This document shows positions 11,901-23,650 of a stretch of DNA of 64,000 nucleotides, one piece after another. This stretch comes from Octopus sinensis (taxonomy: Eukaryota): NCBI RefSeq assembly GCF_006345805.1, contig NC_042998.1, positions 23,064,001 to 23,128,000 on the forward strand. Reading direction: 5' to 3'. The notes beneath the pieces are model-generated. The model saw only the letters and a program-made list of their open reading frames with translations. It did not search any database and was not told where the DNA came from. The position numbers and the translations under genes are program-made. How positions within the stretch are numbered: the stretch's first letter is position 1; each line of letters begins with the position of its first letter.

Positions 11901-12521
11901 ATAAATCTGATGTAGAAAAACAAAGTTGGAGGGGAGGTCGGATAATCTACACACCTCGGTTTATTTTGTTTCTACAGATTTTGATGAGGTGTGAATTTTC
12001 TGTCCCCACCCAAACGAAAAAGAAAAAAAATAATAACATTTTCATATTAAATTTTGATATAACTGTAATCCACAAAATCCGAAACATATTTGTGAAATAT
12101 TTTATTAAAAAATAAAATATGCGTTTCTCAGAAAGTTATCAGGACACAAAGTCAGGAGTTTAAACACCTATAATTCTGCTGGTCAGGAAAGGAATTGCCA
12201 TCTTTCAATAGTTACATTTCATATTTCATGATGAATTCATTTTATCATAAATTATGTGGAAATACATCCCATTATTCGGGACACTAAGAAATAATTAAGT
12301 GAAAACGTACCTCATATCTGTTTAATATTAAAATGCTTTGCTTACGATCGGCAAAAATTTAAACTTGTAACTAGTCCACAAAAATGCATCTTAGAATTTA
12401 TTAATGCTTTCGAAGTAATTTTTAATTTATGATTTAATAAAAAATGTTTAATGAAGTGAATAAAAAGACATTTGACATATACCTCCCACAGGTCGGTGCG
12501 AACACTGGCTGGCTTCTCCAT
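525..12521 (-). CDS. FAM204A: FAM204A-family protein, spliced gene, 7 coding exons, 194 aa
   Basis: Join (minus) 12521-12483, 9242-9155, 9044-8936, 6875-6677, 5630-5574, 3241-3192, 567-525 = 585 nt, all GT-AG, phases consistent. Motifs DLWEKFKRL, EWKDLKQY, KSGLEKQINEAI..AETLSDRLAKRE, KKKKKLHWGFEHKQRWEMKGNM match the FAM204A C-terminal domain as I recall it. Confidence 0.93.
3192..3241 (-). CDS. FAM204A: FAM204A exon 6 (DEEMTVKAKKKKKLHWG)
   Basis: Acceptor gtttag|, donor GG|gtaag; 50 nt. Confidence 0.92.
3312..4058 (-). mobile_element. Head-to-tail trimer of a ~245-bp tRNA-derived SINE
   Basis: Three similar units starting GTGGAGG..GGCTTAGTGGTTAGGGTG with box A/B-like motifs, flanked by a single 13-bp direct repeat ACAAAACCTTATA (3299-3311, 4059-4071). 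Confidence 0.85.
4638..4683 (-). ncRNA. Minimal type-I hammerhead ribozyme motif, degenerate (GAAA reads AAAA)
   Basis: Minus: GACAC-CUGAUGA-A-GGCUG(10 nt)CAGCC-AAAA-CG-UU-GUGUC. Stems I and II perfect; palindromic ACGU stem III. Confidence 0.7.
4750..5228 (+). mobile_element. 5'-truncated LINE 3' end, probably L1/Tx1-like
   Basis: ORF end ..FFKFHLKRKVRVEREVL..FSERWINV..IHL* resembles Tx1 ORF2 C-termini, followed by a UTR, AATAAAA and (TTA)n. Clade call from memory. Confidence 0.45.
5440..5485 (+). ncRNA. Minimal type-I hammerhead motif, degenerate; inverted partner of 4638-4683
   Basis: GACCC-CTGATGA-A-GTCTG(10 nt)CAGCC-AAAA-CGTT-GTGTT. Confidence 0.65.
5574..5630 (-). CDS. FAM204A: FAM204A exon 5 (FAVKITGSFEAREYLKRKK)
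   Basis: Acceptor ttttgcag|, donor AAG|gtaact; 57 nt. Confidence 0.9.
5697..6568. mobile_element. hAT-like non-autonomous element with nested repeats
   Basis: TIRs (C/A)AGTGGTTCT(C/T)AACC at both ends; 8-bp flanks TTTTACAT / ATTTACAC (6/8 match); SINE copies inside. Confidence 0.55.
6677..6875 (-). CDS. FAM204A: FAM204A exon 4 (SNSDVADCEHEWKD...LAKRE)
   Basis: Acceptor cccag|, donor GAG|gtaatt; lies in ORF 6602..6898. Confidence 0.93.
7638..8881 (-). mobile_element. Full-length but decayed mariner (IS630-Tc1-mariner) transposon in FAM204A intron 3
   Basis: ~30-bp TIRs TTAGGCT(T)GTTTCACATGAAATGTCG, TA on both sides, 1244 bp. Minus ORF 7741..8034 has HPLYSPDISPTD..LFKH, resembling the mariner YSPDLAPSD motif; the rest is frameshifted. 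Confidence 0.9.
8936..9044 (-). CDS. FAM204A: FAM204A exon 3 (low-complexity linker DGSEKLPDSS...IQNCK)
   Basis: Acceptor tttag|, donor AC|gtaag; 109 nt, open in the phase required by its neighbours. Confidence 0.82.
9155..9242 (-). CDS. FAM204A: FAM204A exon 2 (KFKRLEKK...EDDKK)
   Basis: Acceptor cgcag|, donor G|gtgaag; 88 nt. Confidence 0.88.
10260..11440 (-). mobile_element. CR1/L2-group LINE RT fragments, interrupted by a tailed repeat
   Basis: Minus peptides CRQLAGWILRSFKTR / MLILWKIFVPNHLGYCS (about 11220-11350) and LFNALPEELRNLCNVDAFK..DEP (about 10400-10530), typical post-RT motifs. Confidence 0.65.
10640..11058 (+). mobile_element. (GAT)n-tailed interspersed repeat (SINE-like) with internal hairpin minisatellite; representative of at least 20 copies
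   Basis: Conserved 3' module CACTACACTC..GGAGTGGTTGGCGTTAGGAAGGGCATCCAGC..CCAACCCATGCTAGCATGGAAAGCGGACGTTAAACGATGATGA. Other copies near 1256-1918, 2300-2570, 9678-10070, 16372-16745, 17848-18375, 25270-25556, 28183-28640, 31378-31720, 32500-33010, 39575-39825, 41598-41880, 45995-46480, 49290-49540, 54100-54400, 54900-55415, 56530-56890, 62140-63170 (approximate bounds). Confidence 0.8.
12483..12521 (-). CDS. FAM204A: FAM204A exon 1 (MEKPASVRTDLWE)
   Basis: ATG at 12521, in-frame TAA 12 codons upstream, donor GAG|gtatat, phase 0. Confidence 0.85.
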
Positions 12522-13083
12522 GTTGTCATCGGAGCAACTTTTAATTTCAACCGCTTATGTACTTGCAAAATAAAACAAAAATATTTTAGCCTTAATATCA
12601 TTTAATTTTATATCACAACGAGATATTTAAATTTTTTAATTCATAGCAAAACATGCGGTTAAAATATCTATATCTCTGTTAATTTAAATTCGATGCTAAG
12701 AAAATAATAATTTTGTAACTCATAAATTAATTTCTATTCTGCAAGTAATGTGTCGCTTGCGTGCTTGCAGTTGGGTCATATGCACTGTTAACAACAACAA
12801 CAACAAATCGCTCTTGTGATGTGTCTGCAACCAACTTTGTGTAGTCTTTATCACTGACACTCCTAATTGCAGAATAATATTAATTAATGCATTGATTGTG
12901 TCAAATTGCCGAGTTACTACACAACTACATTCAGTGTTATATACATACGTATAAAAAAAATATATATCTATATATATTTAAAAAAGAATTAGAAGAAGCA
13001 GTGGAAGCTGTGTGAAGACGTTGGTCAGGAATGTTCCAGGTTTTCATGAGAGATCTGTGAGCTTTTCTAATCGTTTTGCCAAC
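12522..13083. promoter_or_regulatory. Probable bidirectional promoter / 5' UTR interval shared by FAM204A and WDR54
   Basis: Divergent start codons 563 bp apart, with no recognisable interspersed repeat between them although the flanks are repeat-dense. TSSs cannot be placed from sequence. Confidence 0.6.
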
Positions 13084-13323
13084 ATGAGTACCGAACTATA
13101 CAAGAAAGAAAAGTCTCTGAAATCTAAGCACAGTGCTTCTTTACTTAGTAATAACTTGACCGTACAAGTGCTTCTGTCCGAAAGTTCTGTTCGTTATGGA
13201 ATCGTACACAAAACTCTGGTTGACATCGTGACAGCTTCTCTTGACGGCTCCATGGTAACGAGCAAGCAAATTTATTTCAAGGATCCATCGGTGCCAGGTA
13301 GCTCTATGCAGACTGTCATGCAG
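13084..13323 (+). CDS. WDR54: WDR54 exon 1 (MSTELYKKEK...QTVMQ)
   Basis: First ATG of ORF 13012..13407, donor CAG|gtaaaa; 80 codons. Confidence 0.88.
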
Positions 13324-16300
13324 GTAAAAAAAAAAAAACCCTTGCACCCTTATTTATTTATTAACAAGTTGGAAAAGAAACGTAATAAAAAAAAAATGAA
13401 TGGATGAATGAATGAATGAATGAATGTATGTATGTATGCATGTATGTATGTATGGGTGGATGTATTGTGTATGTATGCATGTATGTATGGGTGGATGTAT
13501 TGTGTATGTATGTATGTATGTGTAAATGTATTTGTATGTATATACTGTATATGCTTGTGTGTGTGTGTACGTGCACGTGAGTGCATGTAGAGAATGTATG
13601 TTAAATGCATACCATTATAGATTGTAATATTATTTGTACACCTTTGTCAAGTTAAAAGAATTGTATGTAATATAAATTCCTTAAAAGTATTCCTATTTCG
13701 CGACCAGGATGACAGGGGAATTTGCATTTATATTTAGAATTTGGTACCTCTTTGATATATTCTCAGTCACTTTGCATTCTACTTGGTTTTATTAGCGTTT
13801 GTCATTTCTCATCCAACTCCAGTTCACACTCATTCATTACGCAATGAAGCCTTAGTTTATCATATAATATATATGTGTGTGTGTGTGTGTGTGCTTTTGA
13901 ATATTACAACCAAGAATTATTTATTTTAGACTATCTACTAGCTAACACAATATCGATCCATGGCTCCAATTATGGAAACATTCCCCCCCTCCTCCCCACC
14001 TCGCACCGTTTTTACCAAAATTCTTTTGTTTATAATTCTTTGTTATAATAAATGCCACTTAGAAAAGATACCTATTTTATGTTCAGTAGAATATCGTATA
14101 CATTTAGATTGCTTTCTAATGTCGAAACACCCTCTCTATCTCCTGTAACAGCGATCAGTAATTTTATATACTAGAATGAATACATTTGATATATAAGAAA
14201 AGTCTTTCTTTCCTAAAATTTATCGTCTAGTTAGTTACATTTTCAGGATTTACAATCTACTAGCAGGATTTAAAATCACGAGACAGCTATAGAAAGCAGT
14301 GGTTCTAGGAAATGTCTTTTCAACTTGTCTCGTTCGATACTTTAACTATTGCTATGGAATTTTTATCGGAAAAATATTTGTTCGACTTTCATTCAATCGT
14401 TCCGCTTTTGGTCATACTTTTGCTACTATCACATTTTCCCTGTAGAGCGATTTTTTGCCTCTAATTTCACTCTTTTACTCCGCTTACATCAACCTCAACT
14501 TTCAGTCATGCTCTTCGTAGTTGAGTGTGACTACAATCAGATTTTTACTATTTTACTTTTTACATATGCTCCGTTCTCTTTGTGCTGCCTGTCTTTATAT
14601 ATATATATTGGTAGTCTCTTTCACTTTGTCCAAAATTTGTTTGGATAATGTTCGAACCATTATTTTAGAGAGAATTAGTTCTTGTGTTGATTAATCGATT
14701 AGAATTTTCAAATTTCTATAATTATCAAATCAAATTACTTGTTAATAATGTTAAACAGATGTGGTCGTGTTCTGAATGAGTTTTCGAATTTTGGACTTTA
14801 TTTAATTTTATTTTCGCCTGTAAATTAACTGACATCGTCATTTCTTGGAAACGATTCTTTAAGCTCTTGTAAGGTGGGGGATTGTTAGTAATATATCACA
14901 CATCATTTAAAATTGTTTCATGGAGAGAAACCGTTTCATAGACATGAACTACAATGGAAATTTTAATAAAATTAGATATCTTTAGTGATATTTACAGACA
15001 TGAATATGTATGTATGTATTATGTGTATGCATGTATGTAGGTATACATGCAATCATGTATGCATGTGTATGTATATGCTTATATATGCAGTTGTGTGCGT
15101 GTATTAATATATATTTGCCTAAATTTCTTGAACGTTATCGATTTGGTTTTTTTAATTTTTTAATTTAATTTTTAAAATATTAACCCAAATGAAAAAAATT
15201 TTAACTAGTAATAATATACCAGATGCTTAATTATAAGGTATTTAGTTGATTCGTTTTATGGATAATTAGTTACTTTTGGTTACCTAAAACTTTTATATAT
15301 ATAGAATTGTATGAAATAAGTTCAACCTATGAACTTAAAGCACCTGACTCTCTAACTTACCATAAATTATGCAATATATAAATTGTGCAATGTTCAGGTA
15401 ATATCAGATTTTAAAGAAGATATTTCTGAATACATTTTTTGTGACACCTTTGAGAGAGAAGCTGTTGCACATTCTCTATCAATTGGTAATATTTATAAAG
15501 TTGTTCTCTCGTCGCCGTCATTAATCGGTTTCTCAGTACACTTAGACTAACACGTTCAACACCGATGTTCTTAGTCTTACCACCAGCTACCACTATTTTA
15601 TATATGTATATATATGCTAGTTCAGATTGGAGCTTGGTGCAACCTAGCTTGCCAGTCCTCAGTCAACCGTCCAACCCATGCCAGAATGTAAAGCGGACGT
15701 TAAACGATGATGATATATATCAAAACAAACATTTTTAAAATGCTGACATAGAATTAGACTTGTGTTGTTGTTAAACCCCAGGTCAGCTCTGATCAAGTAG
15801 CCTTTTGATTAAAGATGTAGTGTTAACAAGTCTACTTTTTTTCCCCCCTCCAAGCTAGTATTTGTCTTAGCTTCTAGTTCTTCATTATTATCAAGTATGT
15901 CTTTCTTTCTTTAACAAGGTTGGGTATGATATCTAAGAAATATGTTGTTGCTATTTCAGGCAGTTTGAAGGAATTTTACAACTAAATACAAATTCTTGGT
16001 GACAGCTATTCAACCATAAAGAGTAGGGGATAAAGCTATTTTTAACTATAGAAGCAAAATGGTTAAATAGATATAAATAACGGACAATCATAGATTTTGG
16101 TTTAAGATCCACTGAGATATGTTGCACCTGGGAAAACTAAATTCTATGTATTTCACGTGATCTTACTATCAGGAATTGGTACCACATCACGTGGGCAGTT
16201 CATTCACTGATGACTGCTGTTATATTTATTGGAGATTGTTATTTCATTTGCTAAATATTGTGAAGCCATGGCCCACTAATGGACCCACAAGAGTCCACTG

Positions 16301-19300
16301 GAGGATTCACTGAAAACATTTACCTGTGTTTTATGTTCCGTTTGCTTGGCCCAGGTGAAAAAAGTATGATATCATCATCATCATCATCATCATCATTTAG
16401 CGTCCGCTTTCCATGCTAGCATGGGTTGGACGGTTCAACTGGGGTCTGTGAAGCCAGAAGGCTGCATCAGGCTCCAGTCTGATCTGGCAGTGTTTCTACA
16501 ACTGGATGCCCTTCCTAACGCCAACCACTCTGTGAGTGTAGTGGGTGCTTTTTACGTGCCACCCACACAGGTGCCAGACGGAGCTGGCAAACGGCCACGA
16601 ACGAATGGTGCTTTTTACGTGCCACCGGCACGGAGGCCAGTCAATTTCCAGCTGCAATTTCCATTGATGTTGATCGACTTCGATTTTGGTTCTGCTTTCT
16701 GATATCTGATTTGATTTGGTTTGATTTTGATTTTGATATATCAACATGATTAACCCTTTCGTTACCAGCCCGGCTGAAACCACCTCTGGCTCTGAGTACA
16801 AATGTCTTGTTTTCATAAGTTTTGAATTAAAATCTTCCACTAAACCTTAGTCACAATTTATGTTCCTAACACTAGCTTAATGACAACTAAGTTATTTTAC
16901 GAAATTCTAGGTTATATTTAAAATTAATTGAAAGAAACACAGAGCATCTCAACAGAAATATGGTAACAAAAGGATTAACAAATGATTAATTTAACCCTTT
17001 TATTACCAACCCAGTTGAAACCGGCTCTGGCTCTGTAGTACAAATGTCTTGTTTTCATAAGTTTTGAATTAAAATCTTCCACCAAACCTTAGTCACAATT
17101 TATGTTCCTAATACTAGCTTAATAATTACTAAGTTATTTTACTAAATTCTTTGTTACATTTAAAATTAATTGAAAGAAACACAGAACATCTCAAAATAAA
17201 TATGGTAACAAAAGGGTTAACAAATGATTAATTTAACCCTGAAACCGGCTCTGGCTCTGTAGTACAAATGTCTTGTTTTCATGAGTTTTGAATTAAAATC
17301 TTCCACCAAACCTTAGTAGCAATTTATGTTCCTAACACTAGCTGAATGATAACTAAGTTATTTTACTAAATTCTTTGTTGTATTTAAAATTAATTGAAAG
17401 AAACACAGAGCATCTCAAAATAAATACAGTAACGAAAGGGTTAAAGGTAAAAATTGTGCTGGTAATCTTTGTGTTTGTTGATTGTATTACAGTCTACATC
17501 TTTTGATTGACACCTGTATACGTAGCACTGTAATTGGATCACTAAAATCAACCTGTTCTATACTTAATATGCAATGATGCTTCTTTAGTACATCAATATG
17601 CCACCTTGCCTTCCTGCTGAATAATATGGAGTCTGCTTTGTTGCACTCTTTATATTATGGCTCTTCCAAATGTCATGTGTGTTAGTCTTTAGGGCTGCCC
17701 TTCTTAAGGTTTTGTGTCGTTTAGCACCAGGTCATCTATAACTGACCAGACTTAGGATCACACGCAGCTTGGATCATGCCTTCATTTTCAGAAACATTGT
17801 ATCTTGGACAAACCTATTCTGTGTATCCTTCCAATTTGTTAGGATGTCATCATCATCGTTTAACGTCTGCTTTCCATGCTAGCATGGGTTGGGCGATTTG
17901 ACTGAGGTCTGGCGAACCAGAAGGCTGCACCAGGCTCCAATCTGATCTGGCAGAGTTTCTGCTGCTGGATGCCCTTCCTAATGTCAACCACTCTGAGAGT
18001 GTAGTGGATGCTTTTCACGTGCCACTGGCATGAGGGCCAGTCAGGCAGTACTGGCAACAGCCATGCTCAAGTGGTACTTTTTATGTAAAAAAAACACCGT
18101 TTTTGTGCCACATAAAAAGTACCACTGCCAGTGCCTCGTAAAAAGCACCTGTGACAATGTCACATATAAGGCACTGGTGCTGGTGCCATGTAAAAAGCAG
18201 CCAGTACGCTCTATAAAGTGGTTGGCATTAGGAAGGGCATCCAGCTATAGAAACCATGCCAAAACAGTCAATTGGATCCTGGTGCAGGTCTCCAGCTGAT
18301 CACCTCCTGTCAGACTGCCCAACCCATGCCAGCATGGAAAATGAACGTTATATAATGATGATAATGATAATTGGCTGAACACAGTTTGTAAGAATACATT
18401 TTAACTCTTTAGCATTCAGATTACTTGGTCAAATGTAATACTTATTTATTCATACTGCTTTGAATTAATCATGCACGATATCATAGCATTGAGATTTCAA
18501 TGATGTGATTGTTTGCTTTTAGAATGACATTGGAGGGTAAATGTGAGAGGCAGGATCTGGCCAATTTGAACATAAAGTAGGCCGAATATTTTGACCAGAT
18601 ATGGCCAGTTTAACCCTTTTGATACCAACTCGGCTGAAACCGGCTCTGGCTCTGAGTACAAATGTCTTGTTTTCATAAGTTTTGAATTAAAATCTTCCAC
18701 CAAACCTTAGTCAAAATTCATGTTCCTAACACTAGCTTAATGTAGACTAAGCTATTTTACTAAATTCTTTGTTATATTTATGGTAACAAAAGGGTTAACA
18801 AATGATTAATTTAACCCTTTTGTTACCAACCTGGCTGAAACTGCCTCTGGCTCTGTAGTATAAATGTCTTGTTTTCATAAGTTCTGAATTAAAATCTTTT
18901 ACCAAACCTTATTCACAATTTATGTTCCTGACACTAGCTGAATGATAACTAAGTTATTTTATTAAACTCTTTGTTATAGTTAAAGTAATTGAAAGAAACA
19001 CTGAGCATCTCAAAATAAATACAGTAACGAAAGGGTTAAATGCTAAAGTGTCAAAGCCTGCTGTGCAATGTTAACTCAATGTGATGTTTCTGTTTTTTGT
19101 TTTCAGGCCAAATGGGTAACATTAGGTATCCAGAGAACTATTTTGGTGATTACTGCACAAAGAGGTATTCAGGTATGTCGTTTTGGATTTGTTATTTTAT
19201 TATTTTACTTGTTTCAGTCATTTGACTGCGACCATGCTGGAGCACCGCCTTTAGTCGAGCAAATCGACCCCGGGACGTAAACACACCAGCATCGGTTGTC

Positions 19301-19320
19301 AAGCAATGCTAGGGGGACAA

Positions 19321-19398
<78 letters not shown>

Positions 19399-20085
19399 AC
19401 AGGCTTCTTTCAGGTTCCGTCTACCAAATCCACTCACAAGGCATTGGTCGGCAAGTATAAGACACTTGCTCAAGGTGCCATGCAGTGGGACTGAACCCGG
19501 AACCATGTGGTTGGTTAGCAAGCTACTTACCACCCAGCCACTCCTGTTATGAATGTGTTTTTTTTTTAATGTCAACCACGCAAATATGATCTTACCTAGA
19601 ACTGTTGGAATAAAGATTTTAGTGGGTTGTTGGGTCACTGCTCTGAAAATGTTTACCTCTGTCTATTCCTCTGCAAGCTGAACTGCAAAGCTGTTTTTTT
19701 TATGGTGAAATCATAACTGCAAACTAGCAAAACACTTTTCAGTTGTAAAGTTGGCTAGGTGGACTGGACCATTTGAAAGTTAAATGTCTTGGCCAAGTAT
19801 CTAGTGTCACAACATTAGCTACCAATATATCAAATGGTTATTCTTTTACTCCTTTACTTGTTTCAGTCATTTGACTGTGGCAGTGCTGGAGCACCGCCTT
19901 TAGTCGAGTAAATTGACCCACGGGACTTATTCTTTGTAAGCCTAGTACTTATTCTATCGGTCTCTTTTGCCGAACCGCCAAGTTATGGGGATGTAAACAC
20001 ACCAGCATCGGTTGTCAAGCGATGTTGGGGGGAAACAAACACAGACACACAAACATATGCACACACACACACATATATATATATG

Positions 20086-20136
<51 letters not shown>

Positions 20137-20821
20137 GGTGGGCTTGTTTCATTTTCCGTCTACTAAATCCACTCACAAGGCTTTGGTCGGCCTGAGGCTA
20201 TAGTCGAAGACACTTGCCCAAGGTGCCACGCAGTAGGACTGAACCCGGAACCATGTGGTTCGTAAGCAAGCTACTTACCACACAGTCACTCCTATGCCTT
20301 ATATATATATGGAATATATATCAACTCAGATCAGCTGGAAATTATTGCACAAAAATTACTCATAATATCAGGCAAGCAATTACAAAATGAAAACCATAAC
20401 TTCTGGTTTCATTTTTTGTTGTAAGAGGAACAATGTGCCATGCTTGCATTGACTGCACAATCTATCTTGCAGTGCAGGAGTATTATGCTTTGCAGACAAT
20501 GCCTGAGTAATATAGGAGCTCTGTGCCTTGCTTGCAAATGTGAAGCAATTTGTGTTGCTTGCAATACATAGGTAATACATTGCTTGAAATGTGTAAGCAA
20601 TGTGCCTTGCTTGTTGCATTTTGAGCAGTGTCCTAGCAATGTCTGGGCAATGTGCCTTTTATGTTTAATGTGTGGGGATGTGGTCTTGAAGCAACAATTT
20701 TTATTTTTTAATGTTGTGCCTTAATTAATTTGCCAGTATATCCTATTCTTGTCAAACTGTCCAACCCATGCCAGCATGGAAGACAGGCATTAGTAATGAT
20801 GATGATGATGCTGTTGTAGTG

Positions 20822-20866
<45 letters not shown>

Positions 20867-21986
20867 TCCTGAAATACTTGATTCCCACTCGGCCAATTTC
20901 TGTGTATCTTCAAGTGCTTTTTGTGTTTCTTTTGGTATTTGTGTTTTTTTTTGTCTCAATAGTTGTTTTTTTTTATTCTTTTACTTGCTTCAGTCATTTG
21001 ACTGTGGTCATGCTGGAGCACCACCTTTAGTCAAACAAATCGCCCCCAGGACTTACTCTTTGTAAGCCTAGTACTTATTCTATAGGTCTCTTTTGCCGAA
21101 CCATTAAATTATGAGGATGTAAATACACCAACATCGGTTGTAGGGGTGGGGAGACAAACACAGACACATACACAAATACACTCCCCACCCCTACACATAT
21201 ATATATATACATACGACGGGCTTCTTTCAGTTTCCATCCACCAAATCTACTCACAAGGCTTTGGTCAGCCTGAGGCTATAGTAGAAGATACTTGCCCAAG
21301 GTGTCACACAGTGGGACTGAACCCAGAACCATGTGGTTGGGAAGGAAGCTGTTTACCACACAGCCATGCTGCATCTATTAGTAGATATCGATTTATTTGA
21401 CGAAAGAGTTGGCAGTCCAATTCCTTATTTACTACATTATGGATTCTCCAGTACAACAGTAGCCATTATTGGCAATGTGGAATTTATGTAAACGTCTAGT
21501 AATGTTCAGAAATTTATTTTTAAATCTTTGTTTTTCTCTTCCAGTTCTTTGAACCTGATGGAACTTTATTGTTTTGGCATAACTTAACTGCAGATGAAAG
21601 TGAATGTAAGTTACGTTTCTTTTATTAATGAAACAATGTCAAAAAAGAAAAAAAAGGGACAAATAGAAATTATATTCTTAAGTATTTAAAATTGATCTGT
21701 ATGTTCTAAGGAAGTAATAAAATTGGCACAAAATGTAATAAAATTGAATATTCTTTTGGGCGACATGGAATTGGGGTGCTGATGTTTTGTGACATAGTGA
21801 AAAGAAAGTGATAGGTTGTGGCTTGGCATTAGGAAGGGTATCCTGAAGTAAAAACCATACCAGAACAGACAAGGAAGCTTTGTGCAGTCCTTTGGCTTGC
21901 CAGCTTCTGTCAAACTACTCAAACACATGCCAGCATGGAAAACAGACAATAACTGTTGATGATGATGATGATGATGATAATGATAG

Positions 21987-22017
<31 letters not shown>

Positions 22018-23613
22018 GATGATGATGATGATGATGATATTGAACTTTTTCTTTGTGAATTAATTGTCAGAATATTTAAATTTGTAAGCATCTTTTAAAA
22101 CTAGAGATAGCATTACTTGCTTTAGGGATGTCACAAATAAATTATTAGATCAAATATCATGAAAGGGATCTATGTTAACCCCAGCAAGTCGAAGAGTATG
22201 CGGGGAAAGGTTAACCTTGAGAAGAATAAGGAAAGTACTTTTGTCATTTCACCATGAAATTGTGAAAATATTAAAGAAAAAGCTTCTTCCCTATGAATCT
22301 GGTACCTTAATAAGTGAGATAAAGACAACTTTGTGGAATGGAAAAAACAACTGCCTCCTACTATCCTCAATAACAATGGAAATAGTGGCAAGTAAACAAC
22401 TGCCATCTGGTATACAGGGTGTCCCAGAAAGATTTACCCATTGATATTTCTTAATTATTGAAAACGAAATTAAGGTAGGATAATGAAATTTGGGACACAT
22501 ATTCTAATGTAAATTATCAATCCATTGCAGTAATTACATTTCAAAATGACCACCTTTCAGCTTGATCATAGCCTGCAAACGAGTGGTCACTGAGATGCAT
22601 GAGCGCCGTACCACCTCTTCATCCAACTTGACCCATGAAGACAGAAGGGCTTTCTTCAGATCTGACACATTTGAATAGGAGTGAGCAGAAACATTAGTCT
22701 CTAAGATGGACCAGATAGAAAAGTCCATGAGATTGATGTCTGGACTTGAGGAAGGCCCACTTAAAAAACACCCATACTAGAGCCACGTAAAAAGCACCCA
22801 GTGCACTCTGTAAAGTGATTGGTATTAGGAAGGACATCCAGCCATAGAAACCATATCAAAACAGACAAATGGATTCTGGTGCAGCCTGCAGCTGGTCAGC
22901 TCCTGTCGAAAAGGTCCAACCCATGCCTGCATGGAAAACGGATGTTAAATGATGGTGATGAACATCAGTCACTTGGCTGTGAGCATTATTTTTCAGATTG
23001 CTACACTGAAGATAATAGAATACGGTGTCCTAAAACAATACAATATGGTAAAGCAGAATAGAATGACTGCCAAAAAGTGATATCTAAAAATTGCTACTGC
23101 TGTATCTCATACAATTCTCCATAAAAAAAAAAAAAAATTACATCTCTAATCTTTTAATTTCTAGGTACAAGCATGTACATGAGAGGTATTGCTGCTGTTG
23201 GCTCAAATTTTGTATGTGTAGGTAAGTTGTCTCAGTTGTATCTTTCTGTCCCTGCTTCTAAACACCCTCAAAGGGGATTTTATTACTTCTCTTGTCTCCA
23301 AGACCCATTGCTGTAAATCTAATTAGTTTTTCCTTGTTCTCCTTCAAAATATCCAACTTTAATCATTCAAATGGAGCTTTAATCATAGTAACTTCTTCCT
23401 TTAATACTCTTATTTATATATATATATATATGATAGATCGTTAGCTACTACACACATTTTCTTTCTCTCCTTGTTTTTTTCTGTGTATCTTTCTGTAGAA
23501 GAGCGTAGGCTCGAAACGTAAAAGACTTTTTCTATTCCTGAGCGTTATACTAATACATCTGTTTGTTTGTACACCACCTGCCTTTGTCTTTTGTTTATTT
23601 TCGTAAACTTTCC

Positions 23614-23650
<37 letters not shown>

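Noticed and set aside
13012-13083. N-terminal extension of WDR54 from the GTG-started ORF
   Set aside because: Homology begins at ATG 13084; no evidence for non-AUG initiation.
15411-15593. 60-aa minus-strand ORF with protein-like composition (MVAGGKTKNIG...)
   Set aside because: Antisense within WDR54 intron 1, no motif I recognise and no convincing splice partners. It may be a transposase scrap; a tblastn/HMM search would decide.
21880-22098. Poly-Asp protein
   Set aside because: Translation of a (GAT)n repeat tail.
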